From Casimicrobiaceae bacterium (lineage in GTDB: Bacteria; Pseudomonadota; Gammaproteobacteria; Burkholderiales; Casimicrobiaceae), in the NCBI GenBank assembly GCA_044225355.1, contig JBGAIS010000001.1:1-61465 (forward strand): a stretch of DNA of 61,465 nucleotides, in the 5' to 3' direction. Of the stretch, positions 30,076 to 39,714 are shown in pieces. A program made the position numbers and the translations under genes. Under the pieces are notes generated by a model, which saw nothing but the letters and a program-made list of their open reading frames with translations, was not told where the DNA came from and did not search any database. Each line of letters begins with the position of its first letter. Positions within the stretch are counted from its first letter, which is position 1.

Positions 30076-31725
30076 ATGCGCCGCCTCGAATGCGATCTCC
30101 TCGTCGTGGGCTCGGGCGCGGTGGCTTGCGGCGGCCGTCACGGCCGCGCACGCCGGTCTTCGCGTGATCGTGGCCGAGAAGGAGCCGGTGTTCGGCGGCA
30201 CGACGGCGTGGTCGGGCGGATGGATATACGCGCCGCGCAATCCGCTCGCGGTGCGCGCCGGCATCGTCGAGCTTCCCGCTTGCGCCGCGTGACCGGCGAG
30301 CACTTCGACGAGGCGCGCGTAAACGCGTTCCTCAAGGCCGCGCCGCGCATGGTCGCGTTCCTCGAGGCGAATACGGCGGTCGAGGTTGAGAGCGGAATTC
30401 ATCCGACACGTACGGCACCCGTCGGGCGCAGGGCGGACGATCGGTGATCGCGGCGGCGTACGACGCGCGCAAGCTGGGGCCGCTCGCGGCGCGCCTTCGC
30501 CGTCCGCTGCGCGAGACGACGTTCCTTGGGCTCACCATCCAGGCGGGGCCCGACCTGCGCGCCTTCATGAACGTGACGCGATCGCCGCGCGCGCTCGCGC
30601 ACGTCGCGTGGCGCGTCGGGCGACACTTCGTCGACCTCGCCGTGCACGGCCGCGCGATGCAGCTTCGCAACGGCCTCGCGCTCGTCGGCGCGGCTCCTGC
30701 GATCGTGCGCCGACCTGGGCGTTTCGTTGCGCGAGTCGTCGCCGGTGACGAGGCTCGTGGTGCGCGAAGAACGCGTTGCCGGCGCGATCGTCGCGACGCG
30801 CGACGGTGAGGTGGAGGTATCGGCGGCGTGCGGCGTCGTGCTTCCGACCGGCGGATTCGCGCACGACGCCGTGCGTCGCGCGGCGCTTTTTCCCGTGCCG
30901 GATCAACACTGGACGCTCGCGGTGCCCTCGGCCACGGGCGACGGCCTTCGCCTGGGCGAGCGCGTCGGCGGCAGCGTGGACGCCACGCTCGCCTCCCCCG
31001 GCGCGTGGTGCCCCGTCTCCCTGGTCCCCGACGAAGGCCGCGGTGCGGGTCGCTTCCCGCACATCATCGAGCGCAGCAAGCTTCGGGCATCGGCGTGCTT
31101 CACGGCGCTTCTGCAACAGGGGCAACGGCTATCACGACTACGTCCAGGGCGATACTCGCGGCGGTCCCTGCGGGGTCGGAGGTCGCGTCGTGGCTCGTCT
31201 GCACGCGCGCGTTCCAGCGTCGCTACGGATTGGGCTATGCGCGACCCGTGCCGATGCCCTCGGGCCGTATGTGCGCAGCGGATACTTGAAGACCGGCCGC
31301 ACGATCGCGGAGCATTGCGCGTGCGCATCGGTGATGCCGCGGGCCTCGAGCGCACGATCGCGCAGTACAACGAGCACGCGCGTCGCGGCGAAGATCCTGT
31401 GTTCGACGCGGCTCGACGATCTGGCCGCTACCAGGGCGACGCGCGTCGCTCCCAATCCGTGCGTCGCGCCGATCGAGGACGGGCCGTTCTACGCGGTCAA
31501 GGTGCTGCCGGGGAGCTTCGGCACGTTCGCCGGCCTGCGTACCGACGAGCACGCCGCGGAGTGCTCGCGAATCGCCAGCCTATCGCGGACTCTACGCGGA
31601 AACAGACATGAGCGATTTTCTATCCCGCCGGCGGCATCAACATCGGGCCTGCGTTGACGTTCGGGTTCATCGCGGGCGAGCACGCGGCCCGCGAGGCGGC
31701 TACGCGTCGCGCGCCGCCTGCCTGA
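30076..31725 (+). pseudogene. FAD-dependent oxidoreductase (3-ketosteroid dehydrogenase / fumarate reductase-like), many frameshifts
   Basis: ECDLLVVGSG, EKEPVFGGTTAWSGG, TGGFAHD, TGDGLRLG, GPFYAVKVLPGSFGTFAGL and GINIGPALTFGF are spread across several frames. Sequencing error is possible. Confidence 0.7.
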
Positions 31726-32297
31726 AGTCGTCGATCGCCTCGGCGACGGTGCACACGCGCGCAAAGTTGGGGATGCCGGTTGCGAGCGCGTTGTCGTGCG
31801 GGGCAGCGGCGGCGCAGCACGCGTCGCGCACGACCGTCATGCGATACCCCAGGTCGAATCCACCTGCCGTGCGGTGCTCTCGACGACCATGTGCGTGAAC
31901 GCGCCGGCGACGTACACGTCCATCGCGCCCGCGTTGCGCAGCACCGAGTCGAGGCGGCGCGTGTTCTGGAACGCCGACACGCCCACTTTCTGGACGATCT
32001 CGTCGGGACGCGGCAGCAGCGCGAGCTCGACGTCCGTGGTGCCGGCCGGGGCGGAGCGTCGCGCGGCGCGCGGCCGTGCCTCATCGCGACCGTGCTTCGC
32101 ACCGCGTCGTAGTGGCCGCGCCGGTGCGGGCGCACGACCGCGACCTGCGCCACCATCACGTGCGCGTCGCGCGCGGCGTCGAGGAGCCGGCCCGCGGCGG
32201 CGATAGCGTCCTTCGGCACGGCGGGGTTCTCCCACGCGATGCGGTCCGAGAGCACGATGCCCCGCTGGAGATCGAGGAGGACGAGAGCGATCGTCAT
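31700..32297 (-). CDS. Isochorismatase-like cysteine hydrolase (frameshifted)
   Basis: ALVLLDLQRG, QKVGVSAF, AGAFTHMVVESTAR, GYRMTVVRDAC. Confidence 0.7.
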
Positions 32298-33218
32298 GAC
32301 GAAGCCTCGAGGACGTGTTGTGTGACGGATTCGAGCACCGTCTGGCCGGCGTCGGTCTCGACGACGTTGCGAAAGAGAGCGTGTTGCGCCCGCGGTGCAG
32401 CGCCTGCGATCGAACGCGCAGCTTGCCGCGGCCCGGGCTCACGAACCATGCGGAGATGCTCGACAGGCGCATCGACGATGGCGCCGCGTTGACCCCGGCG
32501 CGCGCCGCGAAGCCGACGAGGAGGCCGCCCTGCACGTGGCCGACGCGATTGCCCGTGTGCGGACCCGTGGCGATGGTGAGGACCGCGTCGTCTCCTGGCG
32601 CAATGGGGTCCATCCAGAACGGCTCGAGGAATGCGCCGCCCGTCGCACCGAGCTGCGCGTCGCATCGGCGCATGGCCTCGCGCTCGCCGTCCGAAAGCGT
32701 CGCCTCGTCGACGGGGACTGCCAGCGGATCGTCGCTGCCCTGCCACGGCAGCGGACCGAGCTTCACCTCCGGCGGCTTCTCGAGGCACACGAACGCACCG
32801 GTCGCGTAGCCCGCTTCCTCGCCGCCCGCGAGGCGCACTCGGGTCATCGCCGGCGGCAGCGCCAGGCCGATCGAGTCGCGCAGGAGCGTCGACTCCGCCA
32901 CCACGTCGCCGCGCAGCGCACGCCGATGAGCTGCAACTGCAGGTACACGGTGCTGAGCCGCTCGGTCGTGCGATCGAGCGCGCGCACCGCGGTGCCGAGC
33001 GAGACGTCGACGAGCACCGAGACGGCGAGCATGTCGGCCTCGCCCGCCGCGTTCTGCAAATGCGCGCCGCCGGGCATCACCATGCGCGTCATCTCCGGCG
33101 TGACGAGCGGCCACTGGAAGCCCAGGAAGTAGCCCGGGAAGTGAAAGCCGGGCGTGCGCGCCGCCTGCAGCGCGCACAGCACGCGCCGCCGGATCGAGCC
33201 TGCGTCGCTTCGTGGCAT
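32294..33218 (-). CDS. Double hot-dog (PaaI-like) thioesterase (frameshifted)
   Basis: HTGNRVGHVQGG, AWFVSPGRG, LHRGR; N-terminal hot-dog with DVSLGTAVR. Confidence 0.7.
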
Positions 33219-33225
33219 GAGGCGC

Positions 33226-34182
33226 CTACTCCATCTCGATGTTGCCGTCCTTGATGACCTTGCGCCACTTCACGACGTCCGCCTGCACTTCCTTCGCGAA
33301 CTCCGACGGTGTGTTGCCGATGGGCGTGTCGCCTTCGGCCGCGAGCGCCTTCTGAACCTGCGGATCCTTCACGGCCTTCGCGACGGACGCGCTCACGGCA
33401 TCGATGATCGCCTGCGGCGTCCCCGTGGGAGCGAAGATGCCGAACCACCCGCTCACCTCGTAGCCGGGAAGGCCTGATTCGGAAAGCGTGGGAAGGTCGG
33501 GCGCGAAGTCCGAGCGCTTGGCCCCCGTGACGCCGAGCACGCGAAGCTTGCCCGCCTTCATCTGCGCGATGGCGGCCGCCGGCGTGGAGAAGTAGAGGTC
33601 GACCTGCCCGCCGAGGAGCCCCGTGATGGCGGGCCCGCCGCCCTTGTACGGAATGTGCGTCATCTTGACGCCCGCCATCGACTGGAAGAGCTCCGCGGCG
33701 AGATGGCCCATCGATCCGGGTCCCGGGGACGCGTAGTTGAGCGAGCCGCTCTTCGCGGCCGCGATGAGCGCCTCGACGTTCTTCGCGGGCATCGACGGCG
33801 TGACCGTGAGCACGAGCGGGGACGTGGCGATGTCCGACACCGGCACGAGATCCTTCTCGGGATCGAAGCCGATCTTCTTGTTGATGCTCGGGAAGGTCGC
33901 GAAGTTCGCGAACATGAGGAGCAGCGTGTAGCCGTCGGGCGGGGACTTGGCGACGAGCTCGCTCGCGACGAGTCCCGCCGCGCCGCCGCGGTTGTCCACC
34001 ACCACGGGCTGGCCCAGCAGCGCCGACATCTTCGGCGTGATCGTGCGCGCGACGAAGTCGCCGCCGCCGCCCGCCGCGGCGCCCACGACGAGGCGGATCG
34101 GCCGCGTGGGATATTCCGCCGCCTGCGCGGCCTGGATCGCCATCGTGGCGACGGCCGCCATGGCAACGATGATTCGCTTCAT
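33226..34182 (-). CDS. Bug/TctC tripartite tricarboxylate transporter substrate-binding protein
   Basis: YPTRPIRLVV, GQPVVVDNRGGAAG, PDGYTLL, HIPYKGGGPA. Confidence 0.92.
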   Translation of the reverse strand: MKRIIVAMAAVATMAIQAAQAAEYPTRPIRLVVGAAAGGGGDFVARTITPKMSALLGQPVVVDNRGGAAGLVASELVAKSPPDGYTLLLMFANFATFPSINKKIGFDPEKDLVPVSDIATSPLVLTVTPSMPAKNVEALIAAAKSGSLNYASPGPGSMGHLAAELFQSMAGVKMTHIPYKGGGPAITGLLGGQVDLYFSTPAAAIAQMKAGKLRVLGVTGAKRSDFAPDLPTLSESGLPGYEVSGWFGIFAPTGTPQAIIDAVSASVAKAVKDPQVQKALAAEGDTPIGNTPSEFAKEVQADVVKWRKVIKDGNIEME

Positions 34183-34244
34183 GCAACCTCCAAGGATGTC
34201 GGCGTTCGCGCCCGGGGCGCCGCCGGGTCTCGCGCGGCCGCTCT

Positions 34245-35093
34245 TCAGGCGAGCTCTGCGCGAGCGGTCATGACTTCGGTGCCGTCCGCCTTGCGTGCGA
34301 CGAGCGAGAACGACGATTCGGAGATGCGACGGCCCTCGAGCGCGGCGGCTTCGCGCACGAACAGCGGCGCGACGCCGCGATACGAGAAGCGCGCGAGCCT
34401 GCGGCCGGTGCCCGGCACCGCGTTGCGCACGACGGACTCCATGAGCATCGTCGCGGTGAGCGGGCCGTGCACGACGAGTCCCGGGTAGCCCTCTTCGTTC
34501 GTCGCGTACGGGGCGTCGTAGTGGATGCGGTGGCCGTTGAACGTGAGCGCCGAGTAGCGGAACAGCAGCACCTCGTCGGTGACGTGGGCGATTGCCACAG
34601 CGCCGGCGGCGGGCGTCGACCGTGGCCGCGCGCGGCGGTGCCGGCGGCGAAGGGTTGCGGTAGACGATGTTCTGCACCTCGTCGATGGCGACGTGCCCGC
34701 CGACGCTCACGCGGTGGCGCACCGCCACGAACACGAGCGTGCCCTGCTTGCCCGATTTCTCCTCGACGGACGCGATCTCGGAATCGCGGACCGCTTCATC
34801 GCCTGCGCGAAGGTCCGCCATGAACGAGAGCTCGCCGCCGGCCCACATGCGGCGGGGCAGCGGGACTGGTGGAAGAAATCCGCCGCGATGCGGATGGCCG
34901 TCGGCGCGACTTCCTGCATGGGCACCATGGGGTTGAAATAGAGCCAGTGCCAGCCCGGCGGGACGGGCGATCCCGCGTGGATGTCGAGGTCCGGGGAGAG
35001 GGTGGCGGCGAGCGCGCGAAGCCGTGAGACGTCGAGCGTCTCGACGCGGCGCTCCGTGCGGCCGGTCCAGGCGCGAAGGTCTTCCGACGTCAA
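34245..35093 (-). CDS. MaoC-type double hot-dog hydratase (mesaconyl-C4-CoA / itaconyl-CoA hydratase-like), frameshifted
   Basis: PPGWHWLYF, RRMWAGG, KSGKQGTLVFV, LFRYSALTFNGHRIHYD, YPGLVVHGPL. Confidence 0.85.
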
Positions 35094-35205
35094 GGATGCG
35101 CCTCTTGAGGTGCGTCGTGCGCGCGGCTGCGCGATAAGGAGGAACTCGCCGCGTGGCCGATCGTGGTAACGCTCGCCATGTCTTTTCCGTCTCCTTGCGA
35201 TGAAC

Positions 35206-35250
35206 TCATTCGAATGACATGATTCTGGGGCGTCTCGAACCGCGCGTCAA
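35206..35250 (-). promoter_or_regulatory. sigma70 promoter (TTGACG-17-CAGAAT) followed by operator TCATTCGAATGA
   Basis: -35 at 35250-35245, -10 at 35227-35222, perfect palindrome at 35206-35217. Confidence 0.7.
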
Positions 35251-35325
35251 CCGATCGCCGCATCTTCGAAGGATGCCGATCATCGCACCCGCGCCGTTTT
35301 CTTGCGCCTCGTGCCTCGGCCAGGG

Positions 35326-35372
35326 TTGACATCGGGGGAGCTCCGTCTCCATGATGCGAATCATACGAATGT
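35326..35372 (+). promoter_or_regulatory. sigma70 promoter (TTGACA-18-CATGAT) followed by operator variant TCATACGAATGT
   Basis: -35 at 35326-35331, -10 at 35350-35355, operator at 35361-35372. Confidence 0.65.
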
Positions 35373-35512
35373 GTCCGAGCGTCTGCTCGTGAAGCGCGCC
35401 TTGCGCGTCGTCGGGGTCGTAACCGACCGGGTGCGGGCGTAGCGCTTGGGCGGTCGCGCGTATCGGGCGACCCGGGACGCGACGCTTGGTCCTACCCACG
35501 AAAGGAGCCTGG

Positions 35513-35725
35513 ATGTCCATCGATGCCGACCTCGTCCTGCGCGAGGCCCGCGAAGTCCAGCACGTAGAGCTCGGACGTGAGCGCGCCGTGGAGCTCGCCT
35601 CGGAACTCGAGTCGCTCCTGGGGGCCGCTTCGCGGGTTGCCCAGGACGTGAGCTTCGACGACGATCCGGGCGCCTTTGCGACGTCGCTCTGGCGCTTGCG
35701 CGACGCTTCATGGTGCCGAGAGTGA
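35513..35725 (+). CDS. Small acidic helical protein upstream of the amidase
   Basis: AAAGGAG RBS; 70 aa; overlaps the amidase start. Confidence 0.65.
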   Translation: MSIDADLVLREAREVQHVELGRERAVELASELESLLGAASRVAQDVSFDDDPGAFATSLWRLRDASWCRE

Positions 35726-37149
35726 GCGAAGAGCTCGCGTCGCTTTCGCTTGCCGAGATCTCCGAGGCGATCCGCACTCGACGCGTATCGTCGGTCGACG
35801 CGACCCGCGCGTGCATCGAGTCCATCGAGCGCTCCCAGGCCGAGATCAACAGTTTCATCTCTTTCGACCCGGAGCATGGATTGCTCGCGGCCGAACGCGC
35901 CGACGAGGAGCTCGCAGCCGGACGCTGGCGCGGGCCGCTGCACGGCGTGCCCATGGCGCACAAGGACATGTTCTATCGCAAGGGCAGGGTGTCCACGTGC
36001 GGCTCGCGGCTATGCGAGACGCGTGTCTCGGACGTGACGGCGACGGTCCATGCAAGGCTGGACGCGGCCGGTGCGGTCGACCTCGGCGGACTCAACATGT
36101 CGGAGTTCGCGGCGGGCCCGACGGGCCACAACGAGCGGTTCGGAAATTGCAGGAATCCCTGGAACGTCGATCACGTCACGGGCGGGTCGTCGAGCGGCTC
36201 GGGTGCCTCAGTCGCCGCGCGACAGGTCTACGCCTCGCTGGGCTCCGACACCGGCGGCTCGATCCGCCTCCCCGCCGCGATGTGCGGCGTGACTGGACTC
36301 AAGCCCACCTACGGCCTCGTAAGTCGTTATGGCGTGATGCCCCGATGCTGGTCGCTCGATGTGGTGGGCCCGCTCGCACGCTCGGCTCGGGATTGCGCGA
36401 TGCTCCTCCAGGCTGTCGCTGGACCGGACGATGCGGACGCGACTTCCGTGCGTCACGATCCGCCCGACTACGTCGCCATGCTCGACCGCGACGTGCGGGG
36501 CATGCGCGTCGGTGTCCCGAGCAACCGCGTCTTCGCCGACGTCGATCCTGGCGTGCAGCATTGCCTGGATGACAGCCGCCGTGTCCTCGCGGAGGCAGGG
36601 ATGGAGATCATCGAGGTCGACATCCCCGACCCGGGGCTCGTGTACGAGCTCACCAATCTCGTCAACAAGACCGAGGCGGCCGCGGTGCACGGCCGTTGGG
36701 TGCGCGATCGACGAGCGGAGTACTCGCTGTCGGCCGTGAATCGCTTCGAGGCGGGCTTCCACGTCCCGGCAACGCTCTATCTCGACGTGATCCGCATGAG
36801 GTCGAGATTGCTCGCGCGATTCGTCGAGAGCGTCTATGGACGCGTGGATGTCCTCCACATGCCGACCCTGGGCATCGAGGTGCCCTCGATCGAGGATACC
36901 GAGATCCGCAGCACCGCCCACGTGCCGCGCCTGATGGAGTCGATCACGCGGCACACGCGATGGGTGAGCTACCTCGGCTTGCCGTCGCTGTCGGTGCCGT
37001 GTGGATTCACGACGAGCCGTCTGCCCGCAGCGTTCCAGCTCGTGGGACGGCCGTTCTCGGAGGCGAGGCTCCTCGCCGTCGCGCACGCGTACCAGTCCAG
37101 GACGCAGTGGCACCGCGCCGATCCCCGGCCCGTCTCAGGACGTCGCTAG
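35710..37149 (+). CDS. Amidase-signature family enzyme (GatA/AtzE-like)
   Basis: LHGVPMAHKD, GGSSSGS, GSDTGGSIRLPAAMCGVTGLKPT (Ser-cisSer-Lys). Confidence 0.92.
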   Translation: MVPRVSEELASLSLAEISEAIRTRRVSSVDATRACIESIERSQAEINSFISFDPEHGLLAAERADEELAAGRWRGPLHGVPMAHKDMFYRKGRVSTCGSRLCETRVSDVTATVHARLDAAGAVDLGGLNMSEFAAGPTGHNERFGNCRNPWNVDHVTGGSSSGSGASVAARQVYASLGSDTGGSIRLPAAMCGVTGLKPTYGLVSRYGVMPRCWSLDVVGPLARSARDCAMLLQAVAGPDDADATSVRHDPPDYVAMLDRDVRGMRVGVPSNRVFADVDPGVQHCLDDSRRVLAEAGMEIIEVDIPDPGLVYELTNLVNKTEAAAVHGRWVRDRRAEYSLSAVNRFEAGFHVPATLYLDVIRMRSRLLARFVESVYGRVDVLHMPTLGIEVPSIEDTEIRSTAHVPRLMESITRHTRWVSYLGLPSLSVPCGFTTSRLPAAFQLVGRPFSEARLLAVAHAYQSRTQWHRADPRPVSGRR

Positions 37150-37355
37150 CTAGCGCACTCCACGCACGCCTGCGGATCGTTCAGGGATCGATGCCGCTGT
37201 GGAATGGCCGATGAGGTCGGCCTCGCCCTCGACCGAGGCGATGATCATCCCGCGAATCCCGCGCGGTTGCCTCGGTCGCGGCCCGTCGTCTTCCAGGCGA
37301 TCGCGGCGTTCGAAGGCGCGGCATGCGGAAGCGCGACCGCGCGCCTGCGCGCGGC

Positions 37356-38087
37356 TCACGCCCCGTCGCCCTGAACGATGCGGTAGCAATGATGGGCCGT
37401 GCTGATCCAGTTGAAGCGAGCCTCCACCGGGACGTCGCTGTAGGTGAACGCGACGCGCTGCAGCTTGAGCACCCAGGTTCCGGGACGAAGCGCGCACAAG
37501 CGCGCCGCCTCCGCCGGAGCGGGGACCGTGCTGAGCGAATCGACGACCCTCGTCACGTTCACGTTGAAGTGCTGCTGGTAGAGCGAGTACAGCGCGTGAT
37601 TGCCGTCGGGAAGCTGGGCTTTGCGAAGGCGCGGAAACGCCTGCGCCGGCAGGTAGACGTTCGAGTAGTAGACGGGCTTGCCGTCGAGGCGCACGAGCGT
37701 CGTGAGCTTGTACACCTGCTCCTTGTCGCCGCCCCGCGGCAGGCGCAGCGCCTCGGCGACGTCGTCGGGCGCGGCGATACGCGCGAGCGAGAGCATGGTC
37801 CGGTCCGTGGGCAGCGACGTGCCGTCGAGTCGCGTGATGTTGAGGAAGCGATGCGTGCTCTCGCGCTCGTCGAAATGAAGGACGAACGTCCCCTTGCCCT
37901 GTGCCCGCATGAGGACCTTCGCGTCCTCGAGCTCGCGCACCGCGGCGCGGATGGTCGAGATGCCCACGCCGTAGCGATCGGCGAGCTGGGGCTCGCTCGG
38001 CAGCATCTCGCCCGGTCGCCACTCACCGTCGACGAGGCTTCGTGTCAGCTTCTCGCGAACTTCCTTGTACAGGGGACGCTTGGTCAT
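37356..38087 (-). CDS. GntR family regulator, HutC/UTRA subfamily
   Basis: LPSEPQLADRYGVGISTIRAAV, QGKGTFV, UTRA-like C-terminus. The start could be 38117. Confidence 0.9.
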   Translation of the reverse strand: MTKRPLYKEVREKLTRSLVDGEWRPGEMLPSEPQLADRYGVGISTIRAAVRELEDAKVLMRAQGKGTFVLHFDERESTHRFLNITRLDGTSLPTDRTMLSLARIAAPDDVAEALRLPRGGDKEQVYKLTTLVRLDGKPVYYSNVYLPAQAFPRLRKAQLPDGNHALYSLYQQHFNVNVTRVVDSLSTVPAPAEAARLCALRPGTWVLKLQRVAFTYSDVPVEARFNWISTAHHCYRIVQGDGA

Positions 38088-38147
38088 CGTGCCGTCCGGC
38101 GACAAAAGTGGCGGCATTATCACGCATGTCGCCGCGGTGATGCGCGC

Positions 38148-38197
38148 TTGACATCGACTGGTACCTTTCGGTAAAGTCATTTTACTCATTCGAATGA
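38148..38197 (+). promoter_or_regulatory. sigma70 promoter (TTGACA-18-TAAAGT) followed by operator TCATTCGAATGA
   Basis: -35 at 38148-38153, -10 at 38172-38177, palindrome at 38186-38197; divergent from the GntR gene. Confidence 0.75.
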
Positions 38198-38214
38198 CTT
38201 GACGACAAGGTACC

Positions 38215-38997
38215 GTGAAGCTCACCGCCCCCCGCCAGTTCACCCGTTACTCCGTCGAGGACCGCATCGCGCGCCTCACGCTCGTGCGTCCCGAAAAGCG
38301 CAACGCGCTCAACCGCCAGATGCGCAAGGAGGTGCAGGCTTCCTTCTACGACGTCGAGACCAATCCCGACGTGTGGCTTTGCATCATCGACGCCGAGGGC
38401 GACGTGTTCTGCTCGGGCAAGGATCTCCTCGAGAAGGTGCCGCCCGAGGAGGAGGACGGCCTCGTGCTCTCCAACGACGACCTCTTCCTGTACCAGCGCA
38501 ACATCTACAAGCCGTTCATCCTCGCTGCCGATGGCGCGTGCCTCGCGCAGGGCGCGGGGTTCGCGCTGAGCTCGGACATCGTCATCATGACCGAGCGCGC
38601 CGCCATCGGCTGGCCGCAGGTGCTGCGCGGCATCTCGACCGTGTCGGGGCCGAGCCAGGGCCTGCACGCCATCCCCTGGCAGGCGGGCATGGGCTACCTC
38701 CTGCGCGGCAAGTTCATCTCCGCGCAGGACGCGCTGCGCTTCGGCATCTGCAACGAGGTGACCACGCGCGAGGACCTGCTTCCCTGCGCGCATCGCTGGG
38801 CGGCGGAGATCCTGCAGAGCGCGCCGCTCGCGGTACAGGCGGTGAAGGAAGCGGGGCGCCGCACGCAGGATCTCCCGCTCGAGCCACGCATGCGGCTCGC
38901 GCGCGATATCGCCAACCGCGTCCTGATGAGCGAGGACGCCAAGGAAGGCATCGCGGCCTTCAAGGAAAAGCGTCGGCCGGCATGGAAGGGACGATAG
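38215..38997 (+). CDS. Crotonase / enoyl-CoA hydratase superfamily protein (atypical active site)
   Basis: RPEKRNALN, FCSGKDL, KPFILAADG, EDAKEGIAAFKEKRRPAWKGR. Confidence 0.9.
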   Translation: MKLTAPRQFTRYSVEDRIARLTLVRPEKRNALNRQMRKEVQASFYDVETNPDVWLCIIDAEGDVFCSGKDLLEKVPPEEEDGLVLSNDDLFLYQRNIYKPFILAADGACLAQGAGFALSSDIVIMTERAAIGWPQVLRGISTVSGPSQGLHAIPWQAGMGYLLRGKFISAQDALRFGICNEVTTREDLLPCAHRWAAEILQSAPLAVQAVKEAGRRTQDLPLEPRMRLARDIANRVLMSEDAKEGIAAFKEKRRPAWKGR

Positions 38998-39714
38998 CCG
39001 CGGCGCACGCCGCGCCGGCAAGCGGCACGGCGGGGGCTTCGAGGCGCCACGTCACCGAGGCGGAAGCGAAGGGCATGCTCGCGAGCTACGGCGTCGCGAC
39101 GCCCGCGCGACGCGTCGCCGCCACGATCGACCAGGCGCTCGCGGCGCTCTCGGCGTTGTCCGCGCCCGTCGCGGTGAAGCTCGTCTCGAGCGCGCTGCAC
39201 AAGAGCGACGTCGGAGGCGTTCGCCTGAACGTCGCGGACGCTCAGGCGATGCGTGACGCCCGTCAAGGCGACATCGACGCCGCGCGGCGCGCCACGGCAT
39301 CGAAGTCGAAGGCTATCTCGTCGAGGAGATGGCGTCGCCGGGCGTGGAGGTGATCGTCGGCGGCATGATCGACGCGACCTTCGGTCCGGGCCGTGCTCGT
39401 CGGCATCGGCGGCATCTTCACGGAGATCATGGACGACGTCTCCGTTCACATCTGCCCCATCGCAAGGAAGACGCGCTCGCCGCGGTCACAGCCGCGCGTC
39501 GAAGCTCCTGCTCGGCGCGCGCGGCCGGACGCCCGTCGACATCGAGTCGCTGGCCTCGATCATCCTGGCGATCGGCGGGGAGAAGGGCTTCCTCGTGGAG
39601 CACCAGGATCGCGTCGCCGAGATCGACCTCAACCCCGTGATCGTATCGGCGAAGGGCGCGGTGGCAGTGGATGCGCGCATCGTCATGCGCGAAGGAGTGA
39701 GCGATGCCCGCTGA
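38982..39714 (+). CDS. ADP-forming acyl-CoA synthetase, ATP-grasp (beta) subunit, frameshifted
   Basis: EAKGMLASYGV, PVAVKL, HKSDVGGVRLN, EIDLNPVIV, AVDARI. Confidence 0.85.

Noticed and set aside
33226-34848. 540-aa ORF fusing a hydratase to a Bug protein
   Set aside because: Frameshift artefact. The Bug protein has its own GGAGG RBS, ATG (34182) and signal peptide.
35710-37149. gatA of the tRNA-dependent amidotransferase
   Set aside because: No gatB follows, and the context is catabolic; called a generic amidase.
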